A stretch of 60,873 nt of DNA, the filler included, from Circinaria calcarea (lineage: Eukaryota), in assembly GCA_051942165.1 (NCBI GenBank). It is 4 parts of 4 records of this genome, joined end to end, with 100 filler letters (N's around TTAATTAATTAA, not from the genome) between each part and the next. Parts side by side here need not be neighbours in the genome. Positions count along the whole stretch, not along the records: positions 1 to 15,191 come from JAVECS010000383.1; positions 15,292 to 30,434 come from JAVECS010000384.1; 2 more parts are not named here. One strand, written 5' to 3'. A program made the position numbers and the translations under genes. Position 1 is the first letter of the stretch; every line of letters begins with the position of its first letter. This document shows, piece after piece, positions 13,218-25,670 of this stretch. A model generated the notes under the pieces. The model did no database searches. It was not told where the DNA came from and worked only from the letters and a program-made list of their open reading frames with translations.

Positions 13218-15191
13218 TTTGATTTATTTTAAAGAGGAAGCAGTTGACGGAACTTTCTTGCGCCAGTATCCACCGTCTTGTAATGGATCATCCTATACAG
13301 TTCGAGCGATATTTTGGTGGTTTAGATTAATACTGCTACCATGAGAATTAGTACCTACGGCAAATTCGCCATCGAAGACCAGATCAAGTCAAATCGACTC
13401 GATTCTCGTGAGTCAAGAGAAATGACACTGAAAATATAATTTTGCGAGGCATCCATACCAAAACACCGCACAGGCCTTTCTCCCCTCCGCTTCCCTCTCA
13501 GTAGCTCGGACGTCTAAGCTGTCTGAAGTTGAACCGAAAACTGGAATCAAGCCCTGATGCTTTTCAACTCTCTCTCCTATCCGCTATTACTGATGGATAT
13601 ATGCGATAACGAAAGCACTCCTGCCCCGTTCATGCTTGCATCTATACATGTAAGTATCCTATTGTCTCAACATTAAGAAGCATTCCAAAAATATACCAAG
13701 TCCTACAACCTTTTCTCCTTCGACTTTGTCCTAGCATGTTAGCTAAAGCAGCTACTATGGCAACTCTTTACTCTCCCCAAGATAGATAGAATGGATAGAC
13801 GAAAAATATAGTGAAAGAGTCTATATATATATGGAAGGCTTTGGAACAGATAAGAGAAAGGAGGGAGGGTAGAAGTATATGGTGATGATGATGATAATAT
13901 TTTTCCTGCGGGAATAGTGGAGGAGAGTACGTCTCGGATGAATAAATGGTATGTCGATTCGCTCACCCTCATAACAGCGCTTTCCTCTCCTCCCGACCAC
14001 CCGTTCCCCGCCTTCCCGGATCTAATCAACTAGACACCCAACCCCCAGCTCCGGATCATCTACGTATTCCTAAACGCTAGCAGAATTACCCTCTCCAATC
14101 TCATAGACTAACACGCCCTCATTGCGTTTCATATAGCATGGGAGTGAACATCCCATGCCATACAGCGCTATAGCTGGCAGACTATTCTCAACCTCACATT
14201 TGGGGAAGACACATTGATCGGTGGGAAACTTTAACGGATAGAAATGATTTGTACGAAGTGTCAAAAGGGGTTGGCGTCCCACCGCCCTTCCTTACTTTCT
14301 CTGTCGTCTCCAATCAGCTTGTCACCATTCCCACCCCAACATTCACAGAAGAAAACCCCTAACCTCTCCTACTCAGAACCGTAAAAAATTTAAATCAGAC
14401 GCCTCTCTTTCCGGCTAAAAAGCCCCCACCCTTGGCCGTGATCCCAATCCAGTTCAATTCTCTTATACAAGGCATCGATACGCACGTATGCATATTGAGA
14501 ATAAGGGAACGTTTGAAGAGGCACATGGAGCACAAGCCAAAGGAGAAAACGGATATGGTCGAGTTAAATCACGCCTTCTTGGAAAACCAAAAAATCCGAC
14601 TGTTCCCCATAACATAGTTATATAACCCGATTTGCCTTCCCTCCCCGGCTTCCCTTCCCAGCTAGCTAGCTCACAACCCAAAAAATGGGGGAATACATTG
14701 CACTTTTGAGCCGGTTTTTCCCTTTTTTCCCCTCAACCGCGGGTTTGGAGGAAAGAGAGGGAAAGTCTCGGGGGGGGTGTGGAGGTTGGAGGTTGGAAAA
14801 AGAAGAAAGGGTGAAGGGAAGCTGGGAAGCTGGGAAGCTAGGGGAAGACAGAGGAGAGCGGAGGTATAGAAAAAGAAAGCAGCCAGAAATCGGGGAACTC
14901 CCCGGTATCCCAATCAATCACCTCTGAGTCTCTGACCGCGTGATGGATCCCACACACAGGCAAAAAGCGCAGCAGGCAGGAGCACACCGCACCGCACAAA
15001 GGAGAGGGGGGGGGAAAGAAGGATCCTCCCATTTTGTTCTTCTTATTTCTAAAATGGAATAGGGAATATGGGAAATGGGATATCTGGCGAAGGAGAGATC
15101 AGAGGTGGGATCGGGAAGGAGGACGAACATGTTAGAAACGCCAGGGGTGGAGATGTGAGAAGAAGAAAAATTTCCGGGGGAAGTCCGAGGA

Positions 15192-15291
15192 NNNNNNNNN
15201 NNNNNNNNNNNNNNNNNNNNNNNNNNNNNNNNNNNTTAATTAATTAANNNNNNNNNNNNNNNNNNNNNNNNNNNNNNNNNNNNNNNNNNNN
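15192..15291. other. Artificial contig-joining linker (44N-TTAATTAATTAA-44N)
   Basis: Exactly 100 bp; 12-mer has stops in all six frames; identical at three places. Confidence 0.97.
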
Positions 15292-15786
15292 GTTATGAGG
15301 ATGTAATATTTACCTTTGAGCCGATCAGCAGAGCAAAAGCCGTACTGACTCTAACCTTCGTCCCGATATCATCCTCCAATCCTCGTTAGCAGCTTTTTCG
15401 TAGCTGCTTTGGTCCTAGCAAACCTTTGGCCATAGATATCTCACCATCTCCTTCATGATGGCCCAGTCTGCCTTCCTTTGCTCTTGATTTGATACTGTCT
15501 GCTCCGACAATAGGGGATCGGTTTTGAGCGCATCACCGGACTTCGCAGCTATTGGCTTTTGTAACGCCTCTGGTTTGATGCTCTCCGGGACCTCATTTTG
15601 CAGAGGAGACGCGCTACGGAGACCATCGGTAGGCCGCTGTGTTCGCCATAGAATACTGGCTTGAGTGAATGGTCGAGCAACTGGGCTAATCAGAATCCGT
15701 CGTAGGGGTTGATGCGCGGCAAGACAAGAGCGTTGGAAAGATCGAATTGAATAGAGCTTTGCCCTTGGAGGAATTCGAATGAGCAT
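15292..15786 (-). CDS. ATM1: Mitochondrial ABC transporter Atm1, 5' fragment truncated by contig end
   Basis: Arg/Ser-rich presequence; EQRKADWAIMKEMVRYLWPK|DDIGTKVRVSTAFALLIGSK, then an intron donor and the linker. Confidence 0.85.
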
Positions 15787-16150
15787 GATATTTTCTGTGC
15801 CTGAGTGCCTCTCAGTGAAGCACTCAGTTCACCCCAATCATTGCCCCTGGCATGGAAACGCGGAAGGGCGCTCGCGAAGATGAAGTATGCTTTGCTATGA
15901 TTGTAACTATGGTGACGTGAAGTAATCCATTAGATCTGGAGTTCTAATAGTGACTCTCCGCAACCTTCTAGCTAGATTATGCATAATTTGAAGGATGCTG
16001 GCGTTGTAGCCTTATTACTTCTATCGTTGCCGGGACCGCTGTCGGACTAACCCCACGCTTGTGCGCGGCAGCTTTCCGCCTAAGGGTTTCTAACAGCTTC
16101 AAAGCTTCCATCCGCTGGAGCTATACAAGCAACTCTCTATATTCAACATA

Positions 16151-17605
16151 ATGCGCCATACACTAGGAGCTGTAACGAAATGTACCCTGACACATTCCAG
16201 GAATTTACGGTCCACAGGAACACATCGTGGATGTATTCCGAAGAAGAGGTTACTGCAGGTTTCCGCAACTCCATCTGGGGCTTCTCCCAGCGCTCTGCCT
16301 TTGGAATCGTCAACGACTACCAATGCCGAGTCACCTGGTCAGCAGTTCATGGCAATTGGACGTATACAGCAGTTGACGCGTGATAGATGCTAAATTCGAA
16401 GTGCTTGGCGCACCCTATTCCCTCCTCTCGGTTTCACTGTCCGCTTCTCAAAACCTTTACACCCGGCGTGGAACGCTGGTAGGAATCAGCGGAAAAGCAG
16501 AGAATGTGTGCCAATCTACGCCTCGGTCAGGTCTTCCTCGCGTACGGCTAATTGGATAGGCCATCTCGACTCTTTCCATGCTCGAACCTTTCCGCCGTGC
16601 TTTACTAGGAATTCCATTCCTCTATCAAAAGGTACCCGACATGGCCAAATTTTCACAAATGGCTGATTAAGAGACGCAGGTGTCATCCACAAGTCCTATT
16701 ACGGCCCTCATTTCAACCAAGTCCCCAATTACGTCGTTCGCCGTGGTTCATCTCGATGGTACCCTAGACTGGATGATAGCTCAGAGGCGGGCTTTGCTTG
16801 CATGGACGGGATATACTCTCTCCATTAGCCCTACTATTAACAGACGCATGGTTGGCATCTAGTTCGGAATGGTAAGCATTCGAAGCTAACGGATGAAGAG
16901 CGTAGCGCACTGGGGAAATTCCCAAGTAACCGGGCGAGGTTTGCTAGCTTTGGCTGGAAACGGACAGATTTACCAAATAAGTCTCAAGACAGGGGAAGAA
17001 TATGTTGCTCACCCAAGGTAAGCCGGGCATGGGAGGTGAAGCGAATGTTTCTAAGATCTCTAGCAATGTGGTTGCCTACACAGTTACTCAACATCCTCCA
17101 TTACCATACCGGTTGAAATCTTCAGTACTCCAGTTTCAGACACCTAAGATCAACATGTCCGGCATATTACCAGAAACTAAGTTCTTTCGGGTCATGCGCG
17201 ACAGTTATACCTGGAGAGCTTTGACAAACTTCATTTTCACTCTGCGGACGTGGTCAAGGAGAACGATATGGGGTGACAGGGTGAGAACCTGGAAATCGAA
17301 GCTTCGGGCTTGACAATGGACTGATCTTATCTTTTTAGCTATTCTTGCAATTCCACGGCCCTACAACAATCTTATTACAGACTCGGGCTTCTCGCCTAAG
17401 CGATGTACTTAGCACTCGGGACGTCAACGAGATTGCAGACAGTCCACCAGGTGCAATACAAGCGGCAGTAACATTGGCAATGTCCGGACCTGAAAAGCGT
17501 GATACGGACTCATCGAGTGGCACCACTCCGGCTTCTGCTAGGCCTACACGGCTTAGCATGGCGAGTATCGGACAGGATGGAAAGGTAACGTTTGAAGAAA
17601 AGTGA
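16151..17605 (+). CDS. AIM24: Altered inheritance of mitochondria protein 24, multi-exon
   Basis: Spliced [69 protein letters not shown]; presequence-like N-terminus. Confidence 0.85.
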
Positions 17606-18394
17606 ATTTCGGCGTTGTTCCCTCCCTGTCAAATGGGCGAAGGAGGCATCTCATTCAATGGTTCGGACAGCGAATGCTACAGGTGTGCGCGCTTCCTTGG
17701 AAGAAAAACGATCATATCATTGTGGTGTAGTATAGTTCTAAGACACGCATGCTCAACTCCCACGCCCGGGGAATTAGTAGGCCAGGCACAGAAAGTTCAA
17801 AGTTGCAGCACTAGACCCAGGTACTTTACTGCGATGGACAAGTCAAGCTCAGAGGGTACGAATGTGCACAACCTCTTGTGCTTTTCACAATGTTGGGAAG
17901 GGGGCTTCTTAGGTACAGTTGGAGAAGACGCAACGGGATCAAAATCCCCTTGGACGAGGCGAACACACCAATGCTAAAGAACCTCATCTACCAATTTAAA
18001 ACATGTATTTACAAAACAGTCGCCATGTTCAAAGGGGTATTCTAGATCAGAGTAGAACAATATCTCTTTCCGTTTCGTTTCTGTGGGCATTGTCGAGAAA
18101 CTGGATAGTAGGCAGCATGCAGATCCATTCCATGCCATTGAATCAGATAGATCGACTTTCCCCATGTTTCAAGCAGAAGGGAGTGAAGTACGGTAGTGTC
18201 CTTAAATAGTCGAATAATAGAGAAATGCAAAAACGTCAAAGTCTAGCAGCCTTGAAAGAGATACCAGATTCTCAAGCTGGAATTCCCCTTCTCTGCGCTC
18301 AAGTCTTACCGAGATCCAAAACTAACCGGTCAGATGGGATAGAGAGTGATTCCTTGATATAGCAGTAAGGTAACCTGGGGCTGCAACGCTAAAC

Positions 18395-19533
18395 CTACAC
18401 CTTGGCTTCGACACCAGAATGTAAACTATAGGCGCTCAGGTCATCCGTCTCGGTTGTTCTATGGAGTTCATGTCTGCGATTCAACGCTATTCTGTCAGAA
18501 TTGTTATAGGGGGTCGAAGATTTGCGGTTCGGCCTTGAAAGAAGACTGCGGTAGCTTGGCAGCGCACAAACCATCACAGCAATGGTGGGTTCGCAAAGTG
18601 CCCAGGCTGCGTTGGCGTTGGGGAATCGGGATAAGTAGCTGGAAGCGGTATAGACGGTTCGCAGGATGTCGAACACAATGTCGATTGTTACAATTGCAAA
18701 AATAGCGGCGAGGCCAATTTTCTGTGATCTCGCCATCTGCAAGGACCTCAGCATGCTCAAAGGAAGGGCCATAACTGGTTGACATTAGTGGGCGTCTATG
18801 GGGGGAGGGAGCTTTTACAGCAGCACGACATACTTAGCAGGTCTCCAATCACGTTTAGGACGCACCAAAGTGAGACGATGGTAATCACACGCTTTTGCGT
18901 TATTGAGCTACACACCTCTATAATGGTTTATTAACACTTTGAAGCATTCCGGCTTGGGAACAATACTGTAAGCAGTAGAGATGAAGGTCTGGACATACTA
19001 GGATCGATGGCACTTTTCGGGTTATTACATTGCCATAACTTGGCTATAAGAATACCACAAAAAGAGAGGCAGGTATAGACCGTGACTGCCCACCACGCCT
19101 TTCGAAAGCCCGGCGATACTTTGAATAAAGACCAGTATAGAGCCAGGAACGAAGCCTTGACCAGATAAATAACAATCCAAAACAAAATTATATTGGCTAA
19201 TCTTATTTTGAGACTGAAAATGATCTCCTCTTCGGTCGGCGCGACATCGCTAAGGCCGAGACGATAGAGTTGAGCATTGTACTCGGTAGGGAGGTATACT
19301 TGGTAGGTTGCAATGAAGCCTATAAGAGCCACCAGCGCTGCGCCGTTCAAACCGTCGTCCCACTGAAGCTTCCGAACAATCCTCCATCTGGTGTAAAACC
19401 GACCGAAGGTAAGAAGGATAGCAAGCACACAGAGGGTCCATGCTAGCGCCTCGAGGATGTCAGCGTGAACGTCCGATTACAGTCAGGGAAACGGGAGACA
19501 TACATTCAAGCCAGCGATTGGGATAATGTCCAT
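18395..19533 (-). CDS. PTH11-like (fungal rhodopsin-domain) integral membrane protein without CFEM
   Basis: RFYTRWRIVRKLQWDDG, YLVKASFLALY, MALPL...QKIGLAAIF, WALCEPTIAVMVCALP; multiple TM segments; first exon uncertain. Confidence 0.85.
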
Positions 19534-20711
19534 GCTGGCGCTGTCAAGATTCCTGCCGGACCTTGGAAGTATTCAGAGGACTTGGAGGAGAAAAGAGTGG
19601 TTTTATATCCCATATCTCCCAGGCCCAGGCCTCCTGGACTAGGTACGGCTGGATGGACCATATCGAGGGGGGTTTGATATGTGTATGTTTGGCTGGGATT
19701 TTCTGCTACTCGGGGTAACCATGAACCCCAAGGGGTCCCTTTGCTTAGCGGCCTTTCATAGATATTTACTTAGCCAAGAAATAATAATACTAATGGCTGA
19801 TTTTAGCGGGTGCCCACCATTTCATGGTCACCCCGAGTGATTGGGCAGGTTATTAGGCTGTTCCGCACATCTACAGCTGGTTTCCCGATAAGGTCACTCC
19901 TGGATGCTGAACTGGAGGCGAATAGACAAGCGAGAGTAGGGTTACATTGTTATTTAGACTTCGTGTACCCTTGCGCTGCTCACGCATGGTGGCGCCATCG
20001 ACTCACGAGATGCGGGCCGGTACATAAATGCTCGTCATTCTCTGCAACATCCGGCAATACGGTTGGCCCAGCTAGATCTCTCCATCTCGCTGTCCCTTAG
20101 CTTTGCATTCAACGTCGCATCAGCCATTGGATCTCCAGATTACCTACATAACTCAATGCGGGCTAATGGAGCAAGCAGTAGTCAGTCTTCTTCCAATGAT
20201 GTGGAGTCGGGAGACGGGATGCTTAGACGATACCACTTGGCCGGGCCTAAAATATCCTCATCGAGCCTCGTCCGAGTAACAGCCTTCAGCCAGACCAATG
20301 TCATTCATTTCTACAGCAGTACTCTCTAATCTCACCCCCTTACCTATTTGGACTTGGGTACCTGTCGTACCACATGATTGCCTCGCTGACTTCCCGTTCT
20401 AACCTACTGTTTGAGGCGTAGGTAGTTGAGTGCTCGCAGGCCGTTATCATGCTACCGGCCGGGGGAAAGAGTTGGCCAGACCGTGCAACACGGAATACCC
20501 TTCTCACCTTCTACTGAGAGGAGGTAGGTCATTGTCGATCGATCAGGCAATTTTTATTCTCTTCACCCCGGTCTCGCCGCTACTTTGGATTGTTCTTTTC
20601 AAGCTCTCTCACTTTGCAATTGGGTCTTTAGCTTTCAAATCCACAATGAGCTCTTGAAGTAATGACGTATAAATCAAAGCATTGGGAAATCTGTTGCTCT
20701 TAGCAGTAATC

Positions 20712-23117
20712 ATGAAATCTGTAGCAATCGTTGGCGCAGGCCCTGCTGGCCTCGTGGCGGCAAAAACTCTCCTCCATTCTTATCCCGCAGGAACTTTCCG
20801 AGTATTCATTTACGAACAGTCTCCTCGCATTGGTGGCCTATGGGCTTGTGAATCGCCTGTTCAAACTGGCCTCATCAATCCTGAAATGCGGACAAATCTT
20901 ACCCAGTTCACTGTTTCCTTCTCTGATTTGTCTTGGGAATCTGTCGATGTCAGTAGTAGGCCTCATGTCGATGGCTCGAATGTAACTGCTACGGATGCTA
21001 CCATCGCACCCATATATCCAAAGGCATGGCATGTGGACCGTTACCTCCGGCAATACTTTCAGAAATTCATCCCAGCAGATATCATCTCTTTCAACACTCG
21101 GGTCAAAAATGCAGAGCGGGTTCATCAGGATGGACGCATATATTGGAAAGTTAAATCTTTCGATTATTATTCTAACCATCACGTTGAGGCTGAAAGAATA
21201 TTTGACTATATGATTGTCACTTCCGGCTTTCTCGAGCGGCCGCGGGAGATTGACTGTAAGATCCACGATATTGTTCCCAGCCAACGCCAAATACGGATCT
21301 TACATAGCTCTCAATTTCGAACACTTTCCGACCTATCAATCGACGGTGAACCACTGAAGGGGGGAAAGGTGCTCGTCGTGGGTGGCTCTCATTCAGGAGG
21401 TGATATAGCAGCATCCATTGCCTTCCAGATGTCCACTGGTCGATATTCGCCATTATCTCAAGGCGCCCAGCCTTTAGAAATCGTTCATGTTATGCCGCAG
21501 CCAATGTACGCTATTCCTCCTTTTATCCCAGCCAGCGAAGAGACTCGAGGTTTCATGCCTTTGGACTTCCTCCTCTACCGAGCAGTAACGCGCCCTCCAG
21601 GACCGATTTCATTTTCCTTTGGAAGAATGGCACCCGAGAGAGCTGAAGGAACGCGAAACCTAATTCTATCCCTGTTAAACGGGAGCAAGCCTGATTCAAC
21701 CTCCCTAGAGACTGAGAAACAAGAGGCTAGAGAGATGGTTCCACCATATGCAATTGTCAATGAAAGCTATGTGGAATTTGTTCGGTCGGGTGCTATTGTG
21801 CCCAAGATTGGGCGTCTGCTACATTTGGCCACGCAGCAAGCTAGCACTTCTCCGAGAGTGAGTCGTTCTAATCCGGTATGCAAATCCAATATATCTAGTC
21901 TTCTCCTATTGAGATCTTCTCCGCCTCGTCAAATACCTCTGTAACTAAGCAGTTCTAACAGTATATAGAATGACCTTGACTTCTTATGTGCTACCGTGGC
22001 CAATTGCTCGGATGCAATTCAAATTGAAGACGTTGCGGCTGTTGTTTATGCTACCGGCTACACGGCCTCGGCGGCTCTTAGTTTTCTTCCTGACGAAGTA
22101 AAAACGCATCTCGGATTCGATGCTGCTTATCCTCGTCTACCTTTACTACTTGAAAGCGACTTCTTAACGCGTACAGCAGCAATCCCAGACCTGGCCTTTA
22201 TCGGTTTCAGCAATGGGCCTTACTGGGGTGTCATGGAAATGCAAGCTCGTGTAACGGCCAGAAGATGGGCTTTCGACATGGAGTTAGGAGCAGAGGAAAG
22301 AAGAAAGCAGGATTCGGCAAATATCATTTCCTGCATGCACGACTTTAGACACGCTATGGCAAATGAGAAATCGGCCGTACCGCAGAATCTGTTTGGTGAT
22401 TACGTCGGCCTTATGGAGCAGGCGTCCAGGGAGTTGGATCTCGAAAGGAACGACCTGAGCTGGGGGGAAAGGGAGGGTCCGATATGCCCTTCACGCTACA
22501 CTGACGCGGGAACCGATCAAAAGGAAGCGCAGAAAACCATGGCAAGTCTTCAGCAAGTGATGGAGAAAGCTCTACACCAAGGATTGTTTGTTGCGAGAGC
22601 CGCCTTTCGAGCTTTGCAAGGCAACTGGAAAACCCAGTGTTTGGGCCGTCAGGATCCCCCAAGCCCTGCTCTCCTAAATCAGAATTTGACTGTCACGGCC
22701 AGCTTTCATCCCCGAACACCAACGGACCCAGACTTTGACTTGGAGTATCTCTACATCGAGAAATGCATGTCTGTTGCCGACGCTGGCGACACTGGAGCCG
22801 TCAGCCGCAGCCTCGTATATCGATACAGTGAAGCTCGGGATAAGATGGGGGTGTGGTCCGTCCAGGACGACGACGACGACGGCAACGGCACCATGACGGC
22901 CGGTCGCCTCGATTACCTCGTCGATTTCGACTTGGCTGACGGGAAGCCTCCGACGGAGAAGAAGACATGGTCCGCCATCGGAAGGAATACCCATGGCGTC
23001 GACACCGTCTCCTCCACCTACACGTTTCATTTCACCGGTGCGGCTTTGCACATGTTCTCGATCGAGACCCAAATCGGCAATACCGACGCCGGACCTGTGC
23101 TTGAGTTTGTACGCTGA
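20712..23117 (+). CDS. Flavin-containing monooxygenase-like protein with extra C-terminal (DUF6314-like) domain
   Basis: VAIVGAGPAGL FAD motif, EQSPRIGGLW, ILHSSQF, VLVVGGSHSG, VVYATGY; intron ~21858-21968 (gtgagt...ctaac...tag) joins ORFs 20682-21944 and 21996-23117 in frame. Confidence 0.85.
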
Positions 23118-23384
23118 GGGAAGGAGATTATCCCGCCGGGGGGGGGGAAGTATCATCCGACTAGCTGGCAATGACTTGTTACGGATCGTGTAGCCAGGGA
23201 AGGAAAGTTCATGTTTTCGTTTTCTCTACCCTCCTTATGGGGAATGGGGCCTTTATAATACGGGTTATTATAGTATCACTACGTCAGCTGAACCGCATAA
23301 GCTCCCATCATTGCTTCCATTGGGTCAATTCATCATTGCGCAGAAGAATTCCCATTTAGCTAGCTACGTTACGCTACCCTACTT

Positions 23385-24852
23385 CTACACGTGCACCGCT
23401 TGCGATAAGACCGCCGTCCGGAATGTGATTCCTTTGGTCTGCTCGATGACCTGCTGATAGACGGACTGAGGGGGATGGTTCATCACGACGGTACCGTCCC
23501 GGTAGTCGATTTTGGCGTCGACGCGGGTGTCGCGGATGAGATTGACGATCCATTTCTCGCCTTCGTCTTGGTTGAGGCCGAGGCGGGTGGAGAGGTCTCT
23601 GGGAAGGCTGGGTTAGCTACTTTGCTCGGAGAGTTCAAGGGTCGGGAGAAAGATGGGGATGGCAATGAGAGTGAGAGAGAGAGAGAGAGAGAGAGAAATG
23701 GGCTTACTTGATGTCAATACGTTGGTGAATCTTGCAATAGCTTTCCGAAATCAAATGTCTTGCAGCCTCTACGAATGCCTCTGCTGCCGCCACTAGGAAG
23801 AAATCCCCTCTTAGCACCTCCTCCGCCTCGCTCAGCTTCTTCTGGGCCTCTTCGAAGTCGAAATCAATATATAATGCCTTGATGAAATCTGTAATTGGAT
23901 CATTGTACTCGTAGCCCTCTTGCCGTACTATCCGGACCAGATCCTTCAACTGTTTTTGGTATTGACCTGTATTCCGGCTGCGGCTGCGGTTCGTGATGAC
24001 TGCGGCGGCAAGGTAGCGTAAGATCCAGGGGCAGGCGGTTTGAATGGTGTTGATGAAGGCGGGGGAGAAGAAGAGTTCGCAGATGGTATCACGGGCCGGT
24101 TCGTAGTTGAAAAAGGGAAAGAGTGTCCAGTGGATGAGCCAGGTTCGGTGTTGGAGTTGCGCGAGCGGGTTATTGAAGAGCTTTGTATCTATCGATTCCT
24201 TCACCTTGTTGATTTCGTCCATGACCACCTCCCAGTTTGTGGTTAGGATGTCCGAGGCCAACTTGCCCCATGACGCCGAGGTAGCTTTGTCGTTGTCGGT
24301 GGAGAGGATTCGGAATTGGTCGAGCAGGTGCGCGGCATCGGCGTACTTGCCGCACTGGTACTGGAAACGGCCGTAATCGTAGAGCATGTCGACCATTTCA
24401 ATCGTGACGCCGTGTGACTGTTCGAGGAATTTCAGGTTGGCGACTTTGTCGCTGCGCAGGTTCGTGACGACGCTTTCGTCGTTCAGGAGCTCGTCGATCT
24501 GGCTCGTCTCTTCCGAGAAGAGCTGTAACCGCTGAAGGACCTCCTCTCTCTTCTTGACGAATTCCTCGGGTATCTCGTCGCTGTCGTTGATCTCTTGCCA
24601 GAGGTTTGCGACATAGTCGGTCATGTTGGTCTGCTTGAGAAGCTCATATTTCATCGTGGTAATGTTCGTGGCATCGTCGCCTTCCTGGCCGGAGAGAAAT
24701 TCGAGTAGAGGGTAGATCAGGTGTCGATCGAGGTTGGGGATGAGTTTGGGTAGGAGATCATATTGCTCTGTGATATCTGTAGGGGTTTGCTGTGCTTGTG
24801 CCATGTTACCGTTCAACATCGCCCCAGCTGAGGTGGGTGTATTGTCCGCCAT
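23385..24852 (-). CDS. INT6: Translation initiation factor eIF3 subunit e
   Basis: [45 protein letters not shown]; after one intron [21 protein letters not shown] (PCI domain). Confidence 0.96.
23667..23696. repeat. (GA)n microsatellite inside the eIF3e intron
   Basis: gagagtgagagagagagagagagagagaga. Confidence 0.85.
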
Positions 24853-25670
24853 GATTGCAGGCTGAGTTAAAGGTAGAGGTCGTTGAAGTCTGAATGGGCT
24901 CACATACTGGAGTTCGCGAAATGTGTGCCAAGAATATTGAAATGTTGAAACGGCTTACGGTATCTATTAGGTTTCGGCTAAAATACGGAATATATCAACA
25001 CCCTATCTATTCTGCTGCTCCGTACTTGAATGCCTCAATTTACTATTGATACACCTCTACCGTACTCTAAATAGATCCTCCGCTTATTCCAACCTCTCAT
25101 CCTACCCATTATACGAAATCTGTAACCCTCTGAACTGTCGTGCTAGCATCCCGAACAGTGCATTCCTTAATTACAACGTTCGGGATCTCGAGAAGGACCA
25201 GTACTTTGTAGGAGGCGGGGCCGGAAGCGGGGAGAGATGAGGACGTAGCCCAGTGAATTACCGTTCAAGAAAATCTAGGTCTTGGGTATTTGACTGGGAG
25301 ATTATGTTGGATGAGACGGGAAGAGTTCAATGGGGCTACTTACGAAACGGGATGCGAGCTGAAATACTGAGTGGAATTGCAGCGCTGGAAATGTCTGACG
25401 GAGGGATACTATTCCCTTGGAATAGAATGTGTTAAATCGGTACTATTTGAGAGCAAAGGGGCCATCTCGGATGTCTTGTGTGCTTGCAAAGCTACAAGTA
25501 ACTACCTTGGTCATAAAATGAGTGTATAAGAGACGATTTCGTCTCGGCGAAAAGCAACCATTCAATCCTTGCTGATCGTTCAATCATCGTCCCCCAACCC
25601 AGTTCGAGTAGTAGCCTCGTCCATCCCAACTAAACACCAAGCTGACAATTCTGGCCAAGTCCCAGCCGCT

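Noticed and set aside
14350..14365. aacccctaacc (and ctaaaccctaa near 31891) as telomere repeat or telomerase RNA template
   Set aside because: Single imperfect copies; no exact TAACCCTAA template or tandem array
15236..15247. TTAATTAATTAA as a biological palindrome or transposon target site
   Set aside because: It is centred in 44-N pads and identical three times, so it is an assembly linker
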